Assembly: GCA_964603435.1 (NCBI GenBank)
Contig: CAZRUM010000003.1
Location: 1-44,614 of the forward strand
DNA: 44,614 nt
Reading direction: 5' to 3'
DNA from: an uncultured Gammaproteobacteria bacterium
GTDB lineage: Bacteria; Patescibacteriota; Patescibacteriia; Magasanikbacterales; UBA922
The notes under the pieces were generated by a model. It was given only the letters and a program-made list of their open reading frames with translations. It made no database searches and was not told the origin of the DNA. The position numbers and the translations under genes were made by a program. This document shows, one piece after another, positions 44,142-44,614 of the stretch (position 1 is its first letter; each line of letters begins with the position of its first letter).

Positions 44142-44614
44142 ATGCCAATAAAACGTGTTTCCAAAGGAAGAATTGAAAAAAAACCAACTGCAAAAGAGGT
44201 AGTAAAAAAAACACCTGTTGAAAAAAAAGAGGTTGTTAAAGTTGCAAAGAAAGCTCCCGCTGAAAAGAAAATCCGTAAAACAAAAAATGATGGTAGCTAC
44301 AGCGCCAAAAATATTACAGTACTCGAAGGACTTGATGCAGTTCGCAAAAGACCAGGAATGTACATTGGCTCTACCGGTGTCACAGGTCTTCACCACATGC
44401 TATGGGAAGTAGTGGACAATGCTTTTGACGAAGCCATGGCTGGACACTGCGATGAAATTTTAGTTAGACTTTTACCAGACAATTGGGTAGCTGTGACCGA
44501 CAATGGTCGTGGTATTCCAGTTGATATGCATCCTATAAAAAAAGTTAGTGCTCTAGAACTCGTATTGACCCAGCTTCATGCTGGGGGAAAATTTGGTGAT
44601 AGTGGTTACAAAGT
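44142..44614 (+). CDS. gyrB: DNA gyrase subunit B, N-terminal part (runs off window), with a Lys-rich N-terminal extension of about 45 aa
   Basis: Hand translation: ...[50 protein letters not shown]...GRGIPVD. Absent from the track because there is no stop in the window. Confidence 0.92.
   Translation, partial: MPIKRVSKGRIEKKPTAKEVVKKTPVEKKEVVKVAKKAPAEKKIRKTKNDGSYSAKNITVLEGLDAVRKRPGMYIGSTGVTGLHHMLWEVVDNAFDEAMAGHCDEILVRLLPDNWVAVTDNGRGIPVDMHPIKKVSALELVLTQLHAGGKFGDSGYK

Overview
AT-rich, gene-dense bacterial window, almost all on the minus strand. Gene content suggests a small-genome Patescibacteria/CPR-type organism (inference): several four-helix-bundle '23S rRNA IVS' genes, an orphan trpB, a membrane-anchored SBP, and Lys-rich tails on housekeeping proteins.

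Bases 1-9808 are empty in the supplied ORF track. Read by hand, they are one uninterrupted minus-strand frame. It encodes a cysteine-rich giant protein of at least 3269 codons with a signal peptide, and its 3' end runs off the window. A 227-aa TSP3-type calcium-binding membrane protein precedes it in the same frame.

The rest is housekeeping: rsmA, tsaC, prfB, yidC, nusA, trpS, trpB, rnj, tRNA-Leu, secG, rpmE, prfA, prmC, L25, rodA, gyrB. It is interrupted by:
- (i) four four-helix-bundle gene cassettes, each bracketed by inverted arrays of its own 7-11 nt tandem repeat;
- (ii) a dispersed AGGTGGTY octamer-array family that fills 3' UTRs, supplies terminator stems, and sits in frame inside rsmA, prmC and a DUF3048 gene;
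- (iii) GC-rich palindromic elements in frame in nusA and two other genes;
- (iv) a two-copy modular GC-rich intergenic repeat;
- (v) six G+C-rich islands, each with its own near-consensus sigma70-type promoter. One is ORF-free (a candidate structured RNA of about 770 nt). Another is a three-gene operon of tiny proteins with a paralogue pair, one member interrupted by an in-frame TAG.

A TrpR-family gene carries a 20-bp palindrome matching the E. coli trp operator at 16 of 20 positions, placed over its own -10. RF1 and RF2 are both present, so the standard code applies. All coordinates, translations and repeat alignments were done by eye and should be recomputed.
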